Assembly (NCBI GenBank): GCA_046758965.1 | Contig: JBHIBG010000038.1 | Location: 1 to 23,580 of the forward strand | DNA length: 23,580 bases | Direction: 5' to 3' | DNA from: Candidatus Methylomirabilia bacterium | GTDB taxonomy: Bacteria; Methylomirabilota; Methylomirabilia; Rokubacteriales; CSP1-6 | Shown: piece by piece, positions 1 through 8,026 of the stretch | Position numbering within the stretch: the stretch's first letter is position 1 | Layout: every line of letters begins with the position of its first letter | The notes under the pieces: generated by a model | What the model was told of the DNA's origin: nothing | What the model saw: only the letters and a program-made list of their open reading frames with translations | Database searches by the model: none | Position numbers and translations under genes: made by a program

Positions 1-2
1 CT

Positions 3-1526
3 CTGGTCCAGGAGACCGTGCTTGCCGACACCGGCGAGTCGATCTACGACTTTGCCGTCCCCGTGCTGGTTGAAGGTCAGAAGTGGGGCACGGTCAGGGT
101 CGGCCTGTCCAGGGGACGAATGGAAGCTGAGATCAGCCAGACTCGTTGGGATCTGGGGGGGTTGACGTTGGTGACGCTGATGCTTGGAGGGTTGGCCGCC
201 GCCCTGGTCGCCAGGCGCATCGCCCGTCCGGTCCGCCAGCTGGCTGAAGGGGCCGCGGCCATCTCCCGCGGGGAGCTGGACCAACGGATTGAGCCCTCGA
301 CGTCTGACGAGATCGGCCATCTCGCCATCGCGTTCAACCACATGGCCACCCAGCTCTTCCAGCAGCGCACAGCTATCGAGGCGGCCCACGCCGAGCTGCG
401 CCGCCGCTTTGAAGAGCTCGCGGACCTGAAAAGCTACACCGACAGCATCCTGGGATCCATTACCAGCGGGATCGTGACCCTCGATCTGAGTGGGCGCGTG
501 GTCACCCTCAACCCTGCTGCCGAGCTTCTCACCGGGCTCTTTGCGCCGGAGGTGACCGGAGGGTATTGTACCGAGGCCTTCGCCCACACCCCGGAGTTAT
601 GCGAGATCCTGATGGAAACTCTCGCCCGCCGGAGCGGGGTCGCTAGTCTCTCCCTGACACTGAGGCGGAGGAACGGCGCGTCGTTCCCCGTGGAAATCAC
701 CACGGCACCGCTCAAGGGAGTTGAGGGCAAGGATCTGGGAGTCGTTGGGGTCTTCAGGGATGTCACCCTCGTCCGCGAGCTTGAGGGACAGCTGCGGCGC
801 TCGGATCGCCTCGCGGCGCTTGGCACGCTGGCCGCCGGCCTGGCTCACGAGATCAAGAACCCCCTCACGTCACTCCGCACCTTCAGTGGCCTCGTGCCGC
901 GGAAGTTCGATGACGAGCGATTCCGCCACACTTTCCAGCGCGTGGTGCCGCGGGAGCTGGAACGGATCAACGCGATCGTTGAGCAGCTCCTTCAGCTCGC
1001 CCGCCCGGCCCGATTGAGCTTCCAGCCGGTACGGATTTCCGTCCTCCTGGAGAGCGTCCTGGAGCTCTACACCAACCAGATCGAGGCGAAGGAGGTTACG
1101 GTGGAGCGCGAGTACGTTCGAGACCTCCCCCCGATTCATGCGGACGAGGAGCATCTCTACCAGGCGCTGGTCAACCTTGTGGCCAATGCGCTGGACGCGA
1201 TAGGTCCGGGAGGCCGCCTGACGCTGCGTACGGGATGGAGCGAGAGGGCGGATCCGTTTCTGCAGCCGCGTCGCGGGGCGCCCAGTCGCGGTGTGAAGGT
1301 GGAAATTCAGGATACGGGCAGTGGCATTTCTCCCTCGTATGCGGATGAGGTGTTCAATCCGTTCTTCACCACGAAAGAAGGTGGAACGGGACTCGGTCTG
1401 GCCCTGGCCCACAAGATCATCGAGGATCATGGTGGGACCATCACGTTTCGGAGCTCTCCCGGCGTCGGAACGACCTTCAGGATCTTTCTCCCCCTCACCC
1501 CAGATCCCCACGCGGAAGCGAGCTGA
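3..1526 (+). CDS. Sensor histidine kinase (TM-HAMP-PAS-HisKA-HATPase; NtrB/AtoS-like), 5' partial
   Basis: Frame is open from the window start. TM segment (LGGLTLVTLMLGGLAAALVA), HAMP (IARPVRQL...DEIGHLAIAFNHM), PAS (GIVTLDLSGRVVTLNPAAE), H-box AHEIKNPL, N-box NLVANALDA, G-boxes DTGSGI/FFTTK/GTGLGL. Confidence 0.93.
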   Translation: MVQETVLADTGESIYDFAVPVLVEGQKWGTVRVGLSRGRMEAEISQTRWDLGGLTLVTLMLGGLAAALVARRIARPVRQLAEGAAAISRGELDQRIEPSTSDEIGHLAIAFNHMATQLFQQRTAIEAAHAELRRRFEELADLKSYTDSILGSITSGIVTLDLSGRVVTLNPAAELLTGLFAPEVTGGYCTEAFAHTPELCEILMETLARRSGVASLSLTLRRRNGASFPVEITTAPLKGVEGKDLGVVGVFRDVTLVRELEGQLRRSDRLAALGTLAAGLAHEIKNPLTSLRTFSGLVPRKFDDERFRHTFQRVVPRELERINAIVEQLLQLARPARLSFQPVRISVLLESVLELYTNQIEAKEVTVEREYVRDLPPIHADEEHLYQALVNLVANALDAIGPGGRLTLRTGWSERADPFLQPRRGAPSRGVKVEIQDTGSGISPSYADEVFNPFFTTKEGGTGLGLALAHKIIEDHGGTITFRSSPGVGTTFRIFLPLTPDPHAEAS

Positions 1527-1527
1527 G

Positions 1528-2685
1528 ATGACGACTAGCCTGAATGACCTCGTCGCACTCGCACAGTCCCTCTCAGGCCGGCAGCCACCAGAGGCGATCG
1601 TCGAGACGGCTCTCGATTCCGCCCTGGCGGTGCTGCACGAGGCTGCCGGGTTCGGGCTCATCCGAACAGCTCACGGTGCCCTCCAGGTCGCCGCGCGCCA
1701 CGGGATTGGCCCGGATGGTGAAGCGGTGGTCAGGAAGCTGTGTGAGCCGGGGAGCCCGGTTCTCCATGCCGTTGAAGGCGGTCGAAGTCAGCTGTTCTCC
1801 GCCCGGGACCCGGTCTTTCTGATGGCGGGGCGCTCCATCTTCCGTGAGGAGGTTCGCTTCCTCGCGGTGGTCCCGTTCCTTGCCCTCGGCGAATCCGTGG
1901 GTGGCATGGGTCTCTTCCTCAGCCAGGAGCCGGACAGGCTGCTCTGGGAAGAAGGTCTCCCGTATCTGGGCGCCACGGCCGGGCTGGCCCTCGCCCAGGC
2001 CCGGCTCAAGGAGACGATCGCTCTGCAGGGACGCCTGGTCTCGCTCGGGCGACTCACTGCGGGGTTGGCAGACCAGATGCAGAGCCTTCTCGCCACTCTC
2101 GGGAGCAACCTGGAACTCCTTCGATACACCCTCGAACCCAGCATGACGTCCCAGGGAAGGGTGGTCCGAGCGCAAGATGCCTCTAAGATGGTGGCCCGCC
2201 TCATCGAGGGGCTGTCGGTGTACTCGGAGCCGGCGGGACCGGCCACAAAACGGGTTCTGCTCTCGGATCTCTTCTCGATCCTCCTCACCCTCCTGAGCCA
2301 TGAGGCCCGATCCCGGGAGGTCGAGATCACTGTCGAGACTTCTGCTCCAGATCTTGCCGTGAGAGGCGATCGGGGCCAGCTCCTCGAGGTTCTCGTCCAC
2401 TTGGTCGAAAACGCCCTGGACGCGATCGGCCATAAGGGTCGGATCACGCTCGAGGCTGATCTGGCTGGGAGCGAGGTACGAATCTCGGTCCACGATTCGG
2501 GACCGGGCATCTCTCCCGACCTGCTTGACCGGGTCTTCGACCCCTTCTTTACCACCAAGACCAGGAGCACGGGGCTGGGACTCGTGAGTGTGCGCGAGAT
2601 CGTCGATCGGCTTGGAGGGACTATCGGGGTAGCCTCGGAGCTCGGAGGCGGAACCGAGTTTGTCGTGACGCTCGCGTCCAACTGA
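1528..2685 (+). CDS. GAF-like domain plus histidine-kinase-like protein lacking the phosphoacceptor His
   Basis: ATG at 1528 lies 1 nt after the upstream stop (ORF-track start 1321 overlaps the previous gene). HATPase motifs ENALDAI, DSGPGI, FDPFFTTK, TGLGL are present. The H-box position reads AGLADQMQSLL instead of AGLAHEIxNPL. Confidence 0.85.
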   Translation: MTTSLNDLVALAQSLSGRQPPEAIVETALDSALAVLHEAAGFGLIRTAHGALQVAARHGIGPDGEAVVRKLCEPGSPVLHAVEGGRSQLFSARDPVFLMAGRSIFREEVRFLAVVPFLALGESVGGMGLFLSQEPDRLLWEEGLPYLGATAGLALAQARLKETIALQGRLVSLGRLTAGLADQMQSLLATLGSNLELLRYTLEPSMTSQGRVVRAQDASKMVARLIEGLSVYSEPAGPATKRVLLSDLFSILLTLLSHEARSREVEITVETSAPDLAVRGDRGQLLEVLVHLVENALDAIGHKGRITLEADLAGSEVRISVHDSGPGISPDLLDRVFDPFFTTKTRSTGLGLVSVREIVDRLGGTIGVASELGGGTEFVVTLASN

Positions 2686-2802
2686 CACCGTCGGGCTGGC
2701 GCGCGCAAGCCGGCTCAGCCCTTCGCAGTCTCGCACCTCGAACCCCGTTCGGCCAAATTTGCAGGAGATTACTGCGTGTCGGGCTGGCGGGCGGGGCGGC
2801 GG

Positions 2803-3621
2803 CTATGGCGTCCTGACAGCAGAGCTGGAGATCGCCTGCTCCATCCGCTGGAAGCGTCGCCTGAGCGGCTCCAATCCCTCCTCGTGGGTGATGACGTAGA
2901 GCTGGTTGGCTCGGATCGCGGCCAGCACGCGCGCGGCCACCTCCTCCGACGCCAGGGTTCGCCCCATCAGCTCGACAGGCTCGCTTTTCGCCGGCTGCCC
3001 CGGATTTCGTAATGGCTCGGGGCGGGTTCGCTCGCTCTCGCGGATCCGCGTCGCCACGCCCATCGGGCAGAGCACAGAGACGCCGATGTTGTACGGCCTC
3101 AAGTCCTTCGCGAGCGTCTCTGAGAGCCCGACGACTGCGTACTTGGTGGTGTTGTACACTCCCAGGCCTTGAGTGGCGATCAGGCCAGCCATGGAGGCGG
3201 TGTTGACGATGTGCCCACCTTCCCCCTGAGCAATCATGCGGGGCAGGAACGCCAACACCCCGTGGATCACGCTCCAGAGGTTGACGCCGATGACCCACTG
3301 CCAGTCCCGGTAGGTAGCCGTCTCCAAGCCGCCCCACACTGCCACCCCGGCGTTATTGCAGAGGATGTGGATGCGGCCAAAGGCTGCGTGAGCCTGATCG
3401 GCGAGGGCCTGCACGTCCCCGAGGACGGAAACGTCTGCGCGGACCGCGAGAGCCTCCCCGTGCCCCTGCTTGATGGCTGCCGTAGTCTCGGCCATCCCGA
3501 CTTCGTCGACATCGGCAACCACGACTTTCGCCCCTTCGCCTGCGAAGCTGAGCGCCAGGGCGCGTCCGATGCCACTGGCTCCCCCCGTGACGACGGCGAC
3601 CCGATCTTTGAACTGTTCCAT
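2803..3621 (-). CDS. Short-chain dehydrogenase/reductase (classical SDR)
   Basis: TGGASGIG, NNAG, NTAS and YNTTK (YxxxK) motifs; GAGGAGGAG Shine-Dalgarno before the ATG. Confidence 0.95.
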   Translation of the reverse strand: MEQFKDRVAVVTGGASGIGRALALSFAGEGAKVVVADVDEVGMAETTAAIKQGHGEALAVRADVSVLGDVQALADQAHAAFGRIHILCNNAGVAVWGGLETATYRDWQWVIGVNLWSVIHGVLAFLPRMIAQGEGGHIVNTASMAGLIATQGLGVYNTTKYAVVGLSETLAKDLRPYNIGVSVLCPMGVATRIRESERTRPEPLRNPGQPAKSEPVELMGRTLASEEVAARVLAAIRANQLYVITHEEGLEPLRRRFQRMEQAISSSAVRTP

Positions 3622-3655
3622 GGCTCCTCCTCAATTTCGTAAACTCATCTCGCCC

Positions 3656-3661
3656 ACTATA
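3656..3661 (-). promoter_or_regulatory. Putative sigma70-type -10 element (TATAGT) for the SDR gene
   Basis: TATAGT on the minus strand, 34 nt upstream of the SDR start, in otherwise GC-rich DNA; no clear -35. Confidence 0.4.
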
Positions 3662-4026
3662 GCCTCATGCGGCTCCTTCCCGTAGTGCGGGATGCGCGGG
3701 GCGCCACGGATGGTTTACCCGCGGAGGGCGGGATAGCCTGCCGCAAGGCCCAGACATATGCTACATACCGGATAACGGCGCCGCCACCAGCAAAAAATTG
3801 GGCGACCGCAGGCTCCGGCACTGCCGAATACCAGAAGGGTCGAAGTGAAAGGGGGCAATCGGGATGCCGACCGACACGCGAGATTGGCCTGGGCGTCGGA
3901 GCGGTGCACCGCTGGTGGCGTGCTGGACGGCGGGGTAAGTGCGATCTGCTCGGTCGTCTTGAGTATCCTCAGGTTGCGCCGGGTGAGAATGTATACTGAA
4001 CGAGTGTCGCGGGGTATGAGCGTTCG

Positions 4027-6651
4027 ATGAGTCAATCCAAGCATGACTCCTATCGGTTGCCGCGGAGCGTCGTGCCGCTCCGCTACGACATTTGGCTCGA
4101 GCCCGATCTCACGTCCTCCACCTTCGCCGGGAAAGAAATAGTGGATCTGATCCTGCGCGAGCCGGTGACGGAGATCGTGCTGAACGCCGCGGAGCTTCAG
4201 ATCCGCGAAGTCGGTATCGACGACGGCCGGGGAACGACCCTCACCGGGGCGGTGATCCTCGACGAGGCGACCGAGCGAGCCCGGCTGCTCTTTCCGGAAC
4301 CGCTCAGGCCGGGTCCGTGGCGTCTCGCATTGAGATTTGGCGGTGCCCTGAACGACAAGCTTCACGGCTTCTACCGGAGCACGTACAAAGCCACTCACCC
4401 GTCCGCTGCCGCTCAGGGAAGTGGGGATCGAGGGGAGCAGGTGTTAGCGGTGACGCAGTTCGAGGCCACGGATGCCAGGCGGGCGTTCCCCTGCTGGGAT
4501 GAGCCGGCGTTTAAGGCGATCTTCGAGGTGACACTCGTCATCGACGAGGAGCTCACGGCCCTCTCGAATACCGCCGTCGTGAGTGAAGGTCTCATCCCGG
4601 GAACCGGCAAGAAGGCGGTCCGCTTCGCTCCTACTATCAAAATGCCGACGTATCTGCTGGCCTTGGTCGTCGGACGCCTCGCGGCGACCGATGCCGTCAT
4701 GGTGGGTGGCACGCCCCTGAGGATCTGGCATGTGCCGGGAAAGTCGCGTCTGGCGCGGTTCCCTCGGGAGATCGCGGCCTTCTCGCTCCGCTTCTTCCGG
4801 GAGTACTACGGGATGCCGTACCCCGGGGACAAGCTCGACCTGATCGCGATTCCCGACTTCGCCGCCGGCGCCATGGAGAACCTGGGGGCGATCACGTTTC
4901 GCGAGACGGCGCTCCTCGTGGACGAGGGGACCGCCACCCACGCGGAGCTGGAGCGGGTGGCCGACGTGGTAGCCCACGAGATCGCCCATATGTGGTTCGG
5001 AGACCTGGTGACCATGGCGTGGTGGAACGGCCTCTGGCTCAACGAGGCGTTCGCCACGTTCATGGAGATGCTGGCCGTGGACGCCTGGAAGCCGGGGTGG
5101 CAGCGTTGGGTCAGCTTCGGCGTATCCCGAGCCGCGGCCCTCCAGGTGGATGGGCTCTGGTCGAGCCGTCCCATCGAGTTCGAGGTGGGCGCGCCGAAGG
5201 ACGCGGACGCGATGTTCGATGTGCTGACCTACGAGAAGGGGGCGGCGGCACTTCGCATGCTCGAGCAGTATCTGGGCCCTGATGCCTTCCGCGAAGGGGT
5301 GAGGAAATATCTGATCGACCACCAGTTTGGGAACGCGGAGACCACCGACCTCTGGAAGGCGCTCGGCGAGGTCTCGAAGCAACCCATTCCGGCGATCATG
5401 GACGGATGGATTTTCCGTCCCGGCTACCCCGTGGTCACGGTCACGACTGACGGAGCGGGGACGGCCCTGGTCTTCTCCCAGCGCCGCTTCACCTACCTTT
5501 CCGGTGGCGGCGCGGAGCGCGAGCTCTGGCAGATCCCAGTCAACGTCCGGATATGGGTCAACGGCGAGGTGAGACACGTGCGACTTCTCCTGTCCTCCGA
5601 CGAAGCGCGGGTGGAGCTGGGGAGCCCGGTGGAGGGCGTGGTTGTGAACGAGGGCGGCCATGGCTTCTACCGGGTGCGTTACGCTCACGAACTGCTGGAA
5701 AAGCTTGCGGCGACGCCGGTTGAAACGTTGGCACCCATCGAGCGGTTCAACCTGGTCAACGACGCCTGGGCCTGCGCACTGGCCGGGCTCTGCCCGGTTG
5801 GGGAGTGCCTCGACCTGACCGAGCGGTTTCGGGAGGAGATGGATCGGAACGTGTGGACGGCCCTCCTTGGATCGTTCGCCTATCTGAATCGGATCATCGC
5901 CTCACCCGATCGCTCCGGACTGGAGGCGCTGGTCCGGGACCGAGTCAGGCTTGCGGCGAGCCGGCTCGGTTGGTCACCCCTGCCGGGTGAGAGCGAGCTG
6001 ACCCGCCAGCTTCGCGGGGACCTGCTGCGCGCGATGGGCGCGTTGGGGAACCACGCGCCGACCCAGTCCCACGCCCGCGAGCTCTACGCCGGCTATCGCG
6101 ACGACCCGTCCGCGGTAGACCCGAATGTTCTTGCGGCAGTCATTACCCTCCTGGCTCATTGCGGCGGCGAGGCCGAGTACGCCGAGTTTCTGGAGCGGTT
6201 CAGGACGGCGAAGACGCCGCAAGAAGAGCAGCGGTATCTCTATTCGCTGGCCGGGTTTCGGGATTCCGAGCTGCTCCGGGAAACGCTTAAACGCACGATC
6301 AGCGGGGAGGTCCGCACTCAGGATGCCCCCTTTCTGGTGCGGAGCCTCCTCATGAACGTCTATGCGCGGGAGTTGGCCTGGGAGTTCGTCAAGACGCACT
6401 GGGAGACGATGGAGCGTCAGTACCCGTCCAAGAGCGGGCTCAGGCGGATGTGCGAGGGGATCACGGCGCTGGCCACTCCCGAGCTGGAAGCCGACGTGCG
6501 CGCGTTCTTCGCCTCGCGCGGCATTACGCTGGGGGGCAGGACCCTGGAACAGTACCTGGAACAACTCCACGTCGCGGTCTCGCTCGGAACGAGAGAGACG
6601 GCCGCTCTCCGGGCCTATCTGGCTCGCTTCGACGTTTCACGTCAGGCCTGA
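4027..6651 (+). CDS. pepN: M1-family zinc aminopeptidase (aminopeptidase N / puromycin-sensitive type) with ERAP1-like C-terminal domain
   Basis: YRLP...P..Y N-terminus, TQFEATDARRAFPCWDEP, GAMEN, HEIAH-x18-E (WLNEAF), YEKG; 874 aa. Confidence 0.93.
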   Translation: MSQSKHDSYRLPRSVVPLRYDIWLEPDLTSSTFAGKEIVDLILREPVTEIVLNAAELQIREVGIDDGRGTTLTGAVILDEATERARLLFPEPLRPGPWRLALRFGGALNDKLHGFYRSTYKATHPSAAAQGSGDRGEQVLAVTQFEATDARRAFPCWDEPAFKAIFEVTLVIDEELTALSNTAVVSEGLIPGTGKKAVRFAPTIKMPTYLLALVVGRLAATDAVMVGGTPLRIWHVPGKSRLARFPREIAAFSLRFFREYYGMPYPGDKLDLIAIPDFAAGAMENLGAITFRETALLVDEGTATHAELERVADVVAHEIAHMWFGDLVTMAWWNGLWLNEAFATFMEMLAVDAWKPGWQRWVSFGVSRAAALQVDGLWSSRPIEFEVGAPKDADAMFDVLTYEKGAAALRMLEQYLGPDAFREGVRKYLIDHQFGNAETTDLWKALGEVSKQPIPAIMDGWIFRPGYPVVTVTTDGAGTALVFSQRRFTYLSGGGAERELWQIPVNVRIWVNGEVRHVRLLLSSDEARVELGSPVEGVVVNEGGHGFYRVRYAHELLEKLAATPVETLAPIERFNLVNDAWACALAGLCPVGECLDLTERFREEMDRNVWTALLGSFAYLNRIIASPDRSGLEALVRDRVRLAASRLGWSPLPGESELTRQLRGDLLRAMGALGNHAPTQSHARELYAGYRDDPSAVDPNVLAAVITLLAHCGGEAEYAEFLERFRTAKTPQEEQRYLYSLAGFRDSELLRETLKRTISGEVRTQDAPFLVRSLLMNVYARELAWEFVKTHWETMERQYPSKSGLRRMCEGITALATPELEADVRAFFASRGITLGGRTLEQYLEQLHVAVSLGTRETAALRAYLARFDVSRQA

Positions 6652-6800
6652 AGGTGGTTCGCGGGCCTGAGGAATAAGATCTGCTTTGCCGGTGTTGTAG
6701 AGAGTTGGGATGCGGCACGCGCGGGCGCTGAGCCCGGCAGCGTCTGCCGGCAGATCCCCTCGGCGGCGAAGCCGGACCGATCTAACCAAGGAGGATCACC

Positions 6801-7322
6801 ATGGCGCGAGTGCCGTATCTCGAACGCGACGAGATTCCCGCGGAGCTCCAGACCGTGTATGAGGCGACGCAGAAGGCGGTCGGGCGCGTCCCGAACTTTT
6901 ACAAGCTGCTGGCGCATGCTCCGAAAGTCCTGACCGGGTACGTGGGCTTGAGCGGCGCGCTCAAGGAGACCAAGCTGGATCCTAAACTCCGGGAGCTGGC
7001 CTATCTCAAGACGTCGAAGGTGAACGACTGCCACTACTGATTCACCCAGCACACGGCCCTCGGTCGGAGGGTCGGGCTTACCCAGGAGCAGATCGACGGT
7101 CTTGCGGGCGGCGCGTCATCCCCCGCCTACAGCGAGCTGGAGAGACTGGTCATCCGCTATGCCGGGCAGCTCACCACGCAGGTGGACACGGACGAGGCGC
7201 TCCACGCAGACCTCAAGAAGCATCTCCCGGACCGCGAGATCGTCGAGCTCGCCGTTACGGTTGCCGCTGCCAACTTCACGAACTGCATCAACGAGTCGCT
7301 GAAGACCGAGCTGGAGCGCTAG
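6801..7322 (+). CDS. AhpD/carboxymuconolactone-decarboxylase-family peroxidase-like protein; probable selenoprotein (CxxU, TGA at 7038-7040), 173 aa
   Basis: AAGGAGG SD. N-terminal part reads LDPKLRELAYLKTSKVNDCHY-TGA. The same frame continues FTQHTALGRRVGLTQEQIDGL...YSELERLVIRYAGQLT...EIVELAVTVAAANFTNCINESL to TAG at 7320-7322, the typical C-terminal half of this family. TGA falls on the second Cys of the CxxC-xx-H motif. Confidence 0.88.
7041..7076 (+). promoter_or_regulatory. Putative bacterial SECIS element
   Basis: Stem GGCCCTC (7055-7061) / GAGGGTC (7067-7073), 7 bp with one G-U, and a 5-nt loop GGTCG beginning with G, 21 nt after the UGA; possible CCC/GGG lower stem. Confidence 0.65.
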
Positions 7323-7432
7323 CGCCGCTCTGCCGGCTGGGTACGGCTGACCCGCTCACGTACGTCGATGGCGACACGGGGTTGCGACGTTTATCTATTT
7401 TCCGATAGAGAATAGGGGTTATGCCGACCCTC

Positions 7433-7464
7433 GCCGGGGCCGTCCGAACGGGCGGCCCCGGTTT
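7433..7464. terminator. Strong hairpin between convergent genes; probable terminator
   Basis: GCCGGGGCCGTCC-GAAC-GGGCGGCCCCGGT, about 13 bp stem, followed by only a short T run on +; lies between the stops at 7322 (+) and 7482 (-). Confidence 0.55.
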
Positions 7465-7481
7465 GGGTCCATCCGTGGACG

Positions 7482-7763
7482 CTACTTCTTGGCGGCACAG
7501 GGGTTCTTGGCTGCGCACGGATTCGTGGCTGCGCAAGGGTTCTTGGCGGCACAGGGGTTCTTGGCCGCGCACGGATTCGTGGCCGCGCAGGGGTTCTTGG
7601 CGGCGCAGGGGTTCTTGGCGGCGCAGGGGTTCTTGGCCGCGCACGGATTCGTGGCCGCGCAGGGGTTCTTGGCGGCCTTATGGTAGTACGCCATCGCGTC
7701 TACCCCGAACCCCAGGCTCAGCACTGCGGCGACCGAGGCGACAGTAAGAAGCTTTCTGAACAA
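7482..7763 (-). CDS. Small secreted Cys-rich repeat protein (signal peptide plus 10 x [K/T]NPCAA)
   Basis: TTG start preceded by AAAGGAGGTG at 7 nt; Sec-type signal MFRKLLTVASVAAVLSLGFGVDAMA (AxA cleavage site); repeats vary mainly at synonymous third codon positions in this frame. Confidence 0.85.
   Translation of the reverse strand: MFRKLLTVASVAAVLSLGFGVDAMAYYHKAAKNPCAATNPCAAKNPCAAKNPCAAKNPCAATNPCAAKNPCAAKNPCAATNPCAAKNPCAAKK
7491..7670 (-). repeat. Coding tandem repeat, 10 x 18 bp
   Basis: Units AAG AAC CCY TGY GCN GCC (7 copies) and ACG AAT CCG TGC GCR GCC (3 copies); order K-T-K-K-K-T-K-K-T-K. Confidence 0.95.
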
Positions 7764-7790
7764 TTCGATTCACCTCCTTTCCGGCTCTCC

Positions 7791-7830
7791 ACTATGGCTC
7801 AACTGTAAAACCGACGTAAACGTGCGTTTA
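7791..7830 (-). promoter_or_regulatory. Putative promoter and regulator site for the repeat-protein gene
   Basis: Minus strand TTTACG-18 nt-CATAGT. GTAAA direct repeat at 7805 and 7816 (11-bp period) and inverted repeat TAAACG-TG-CGTTTA at 7817-7830. Confidence 0.35.
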
Positions 7831-8026
7831 TTCCCTGGGGGGCGGCGACTCCTGGGGGTCGGAGGAATGAGTGAGGGGGCGTTGTGAAAGCTTATTGCGA
7901 CGGGTGGCGGCTTGGGCTATGCTTCGGTGGCCGGAGCGATTCGGGGAGTAGCTTCTTCCGTCACTGGCCTGGGGTTCGGCCTTCGGCTTCAACCTATTAG
8001 CTTCGACGAGCCAAACAGGAGGGCGT

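Noticed and set aside
1321..1527. N-terminal extensions given by the ORF track (also 8931, 12646, 18100, 19104)
   Set aside because: They overlap upstream genes or precede the family-typical N-terminus; downstream starts have SD or promoter support.
3667..3999. Small gene or ncRNA in the SDR-pepN divergent gap, including palindrome AGCGGTGCACCGCT at 3900-3913
   Set aside because: The ORFs lack an SD and recognisable motifs; a single GC-rich palindrome is too weak to call an operator.
6801..7040. 79-aa stand-alone protein or nonsense pseudogene
   Set aside because: The stop coincides with the catalytic Cys position, the downstream frame is intact and a SECIS-like hairpin follows; recoding is the better explanation.
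7491..7670. CRISPR array or non-coding VNTR
   Set aside because: The 18-bp units are contiguous with no unique spacers and vary at codon third positions within an ORF; no cas genes are present.
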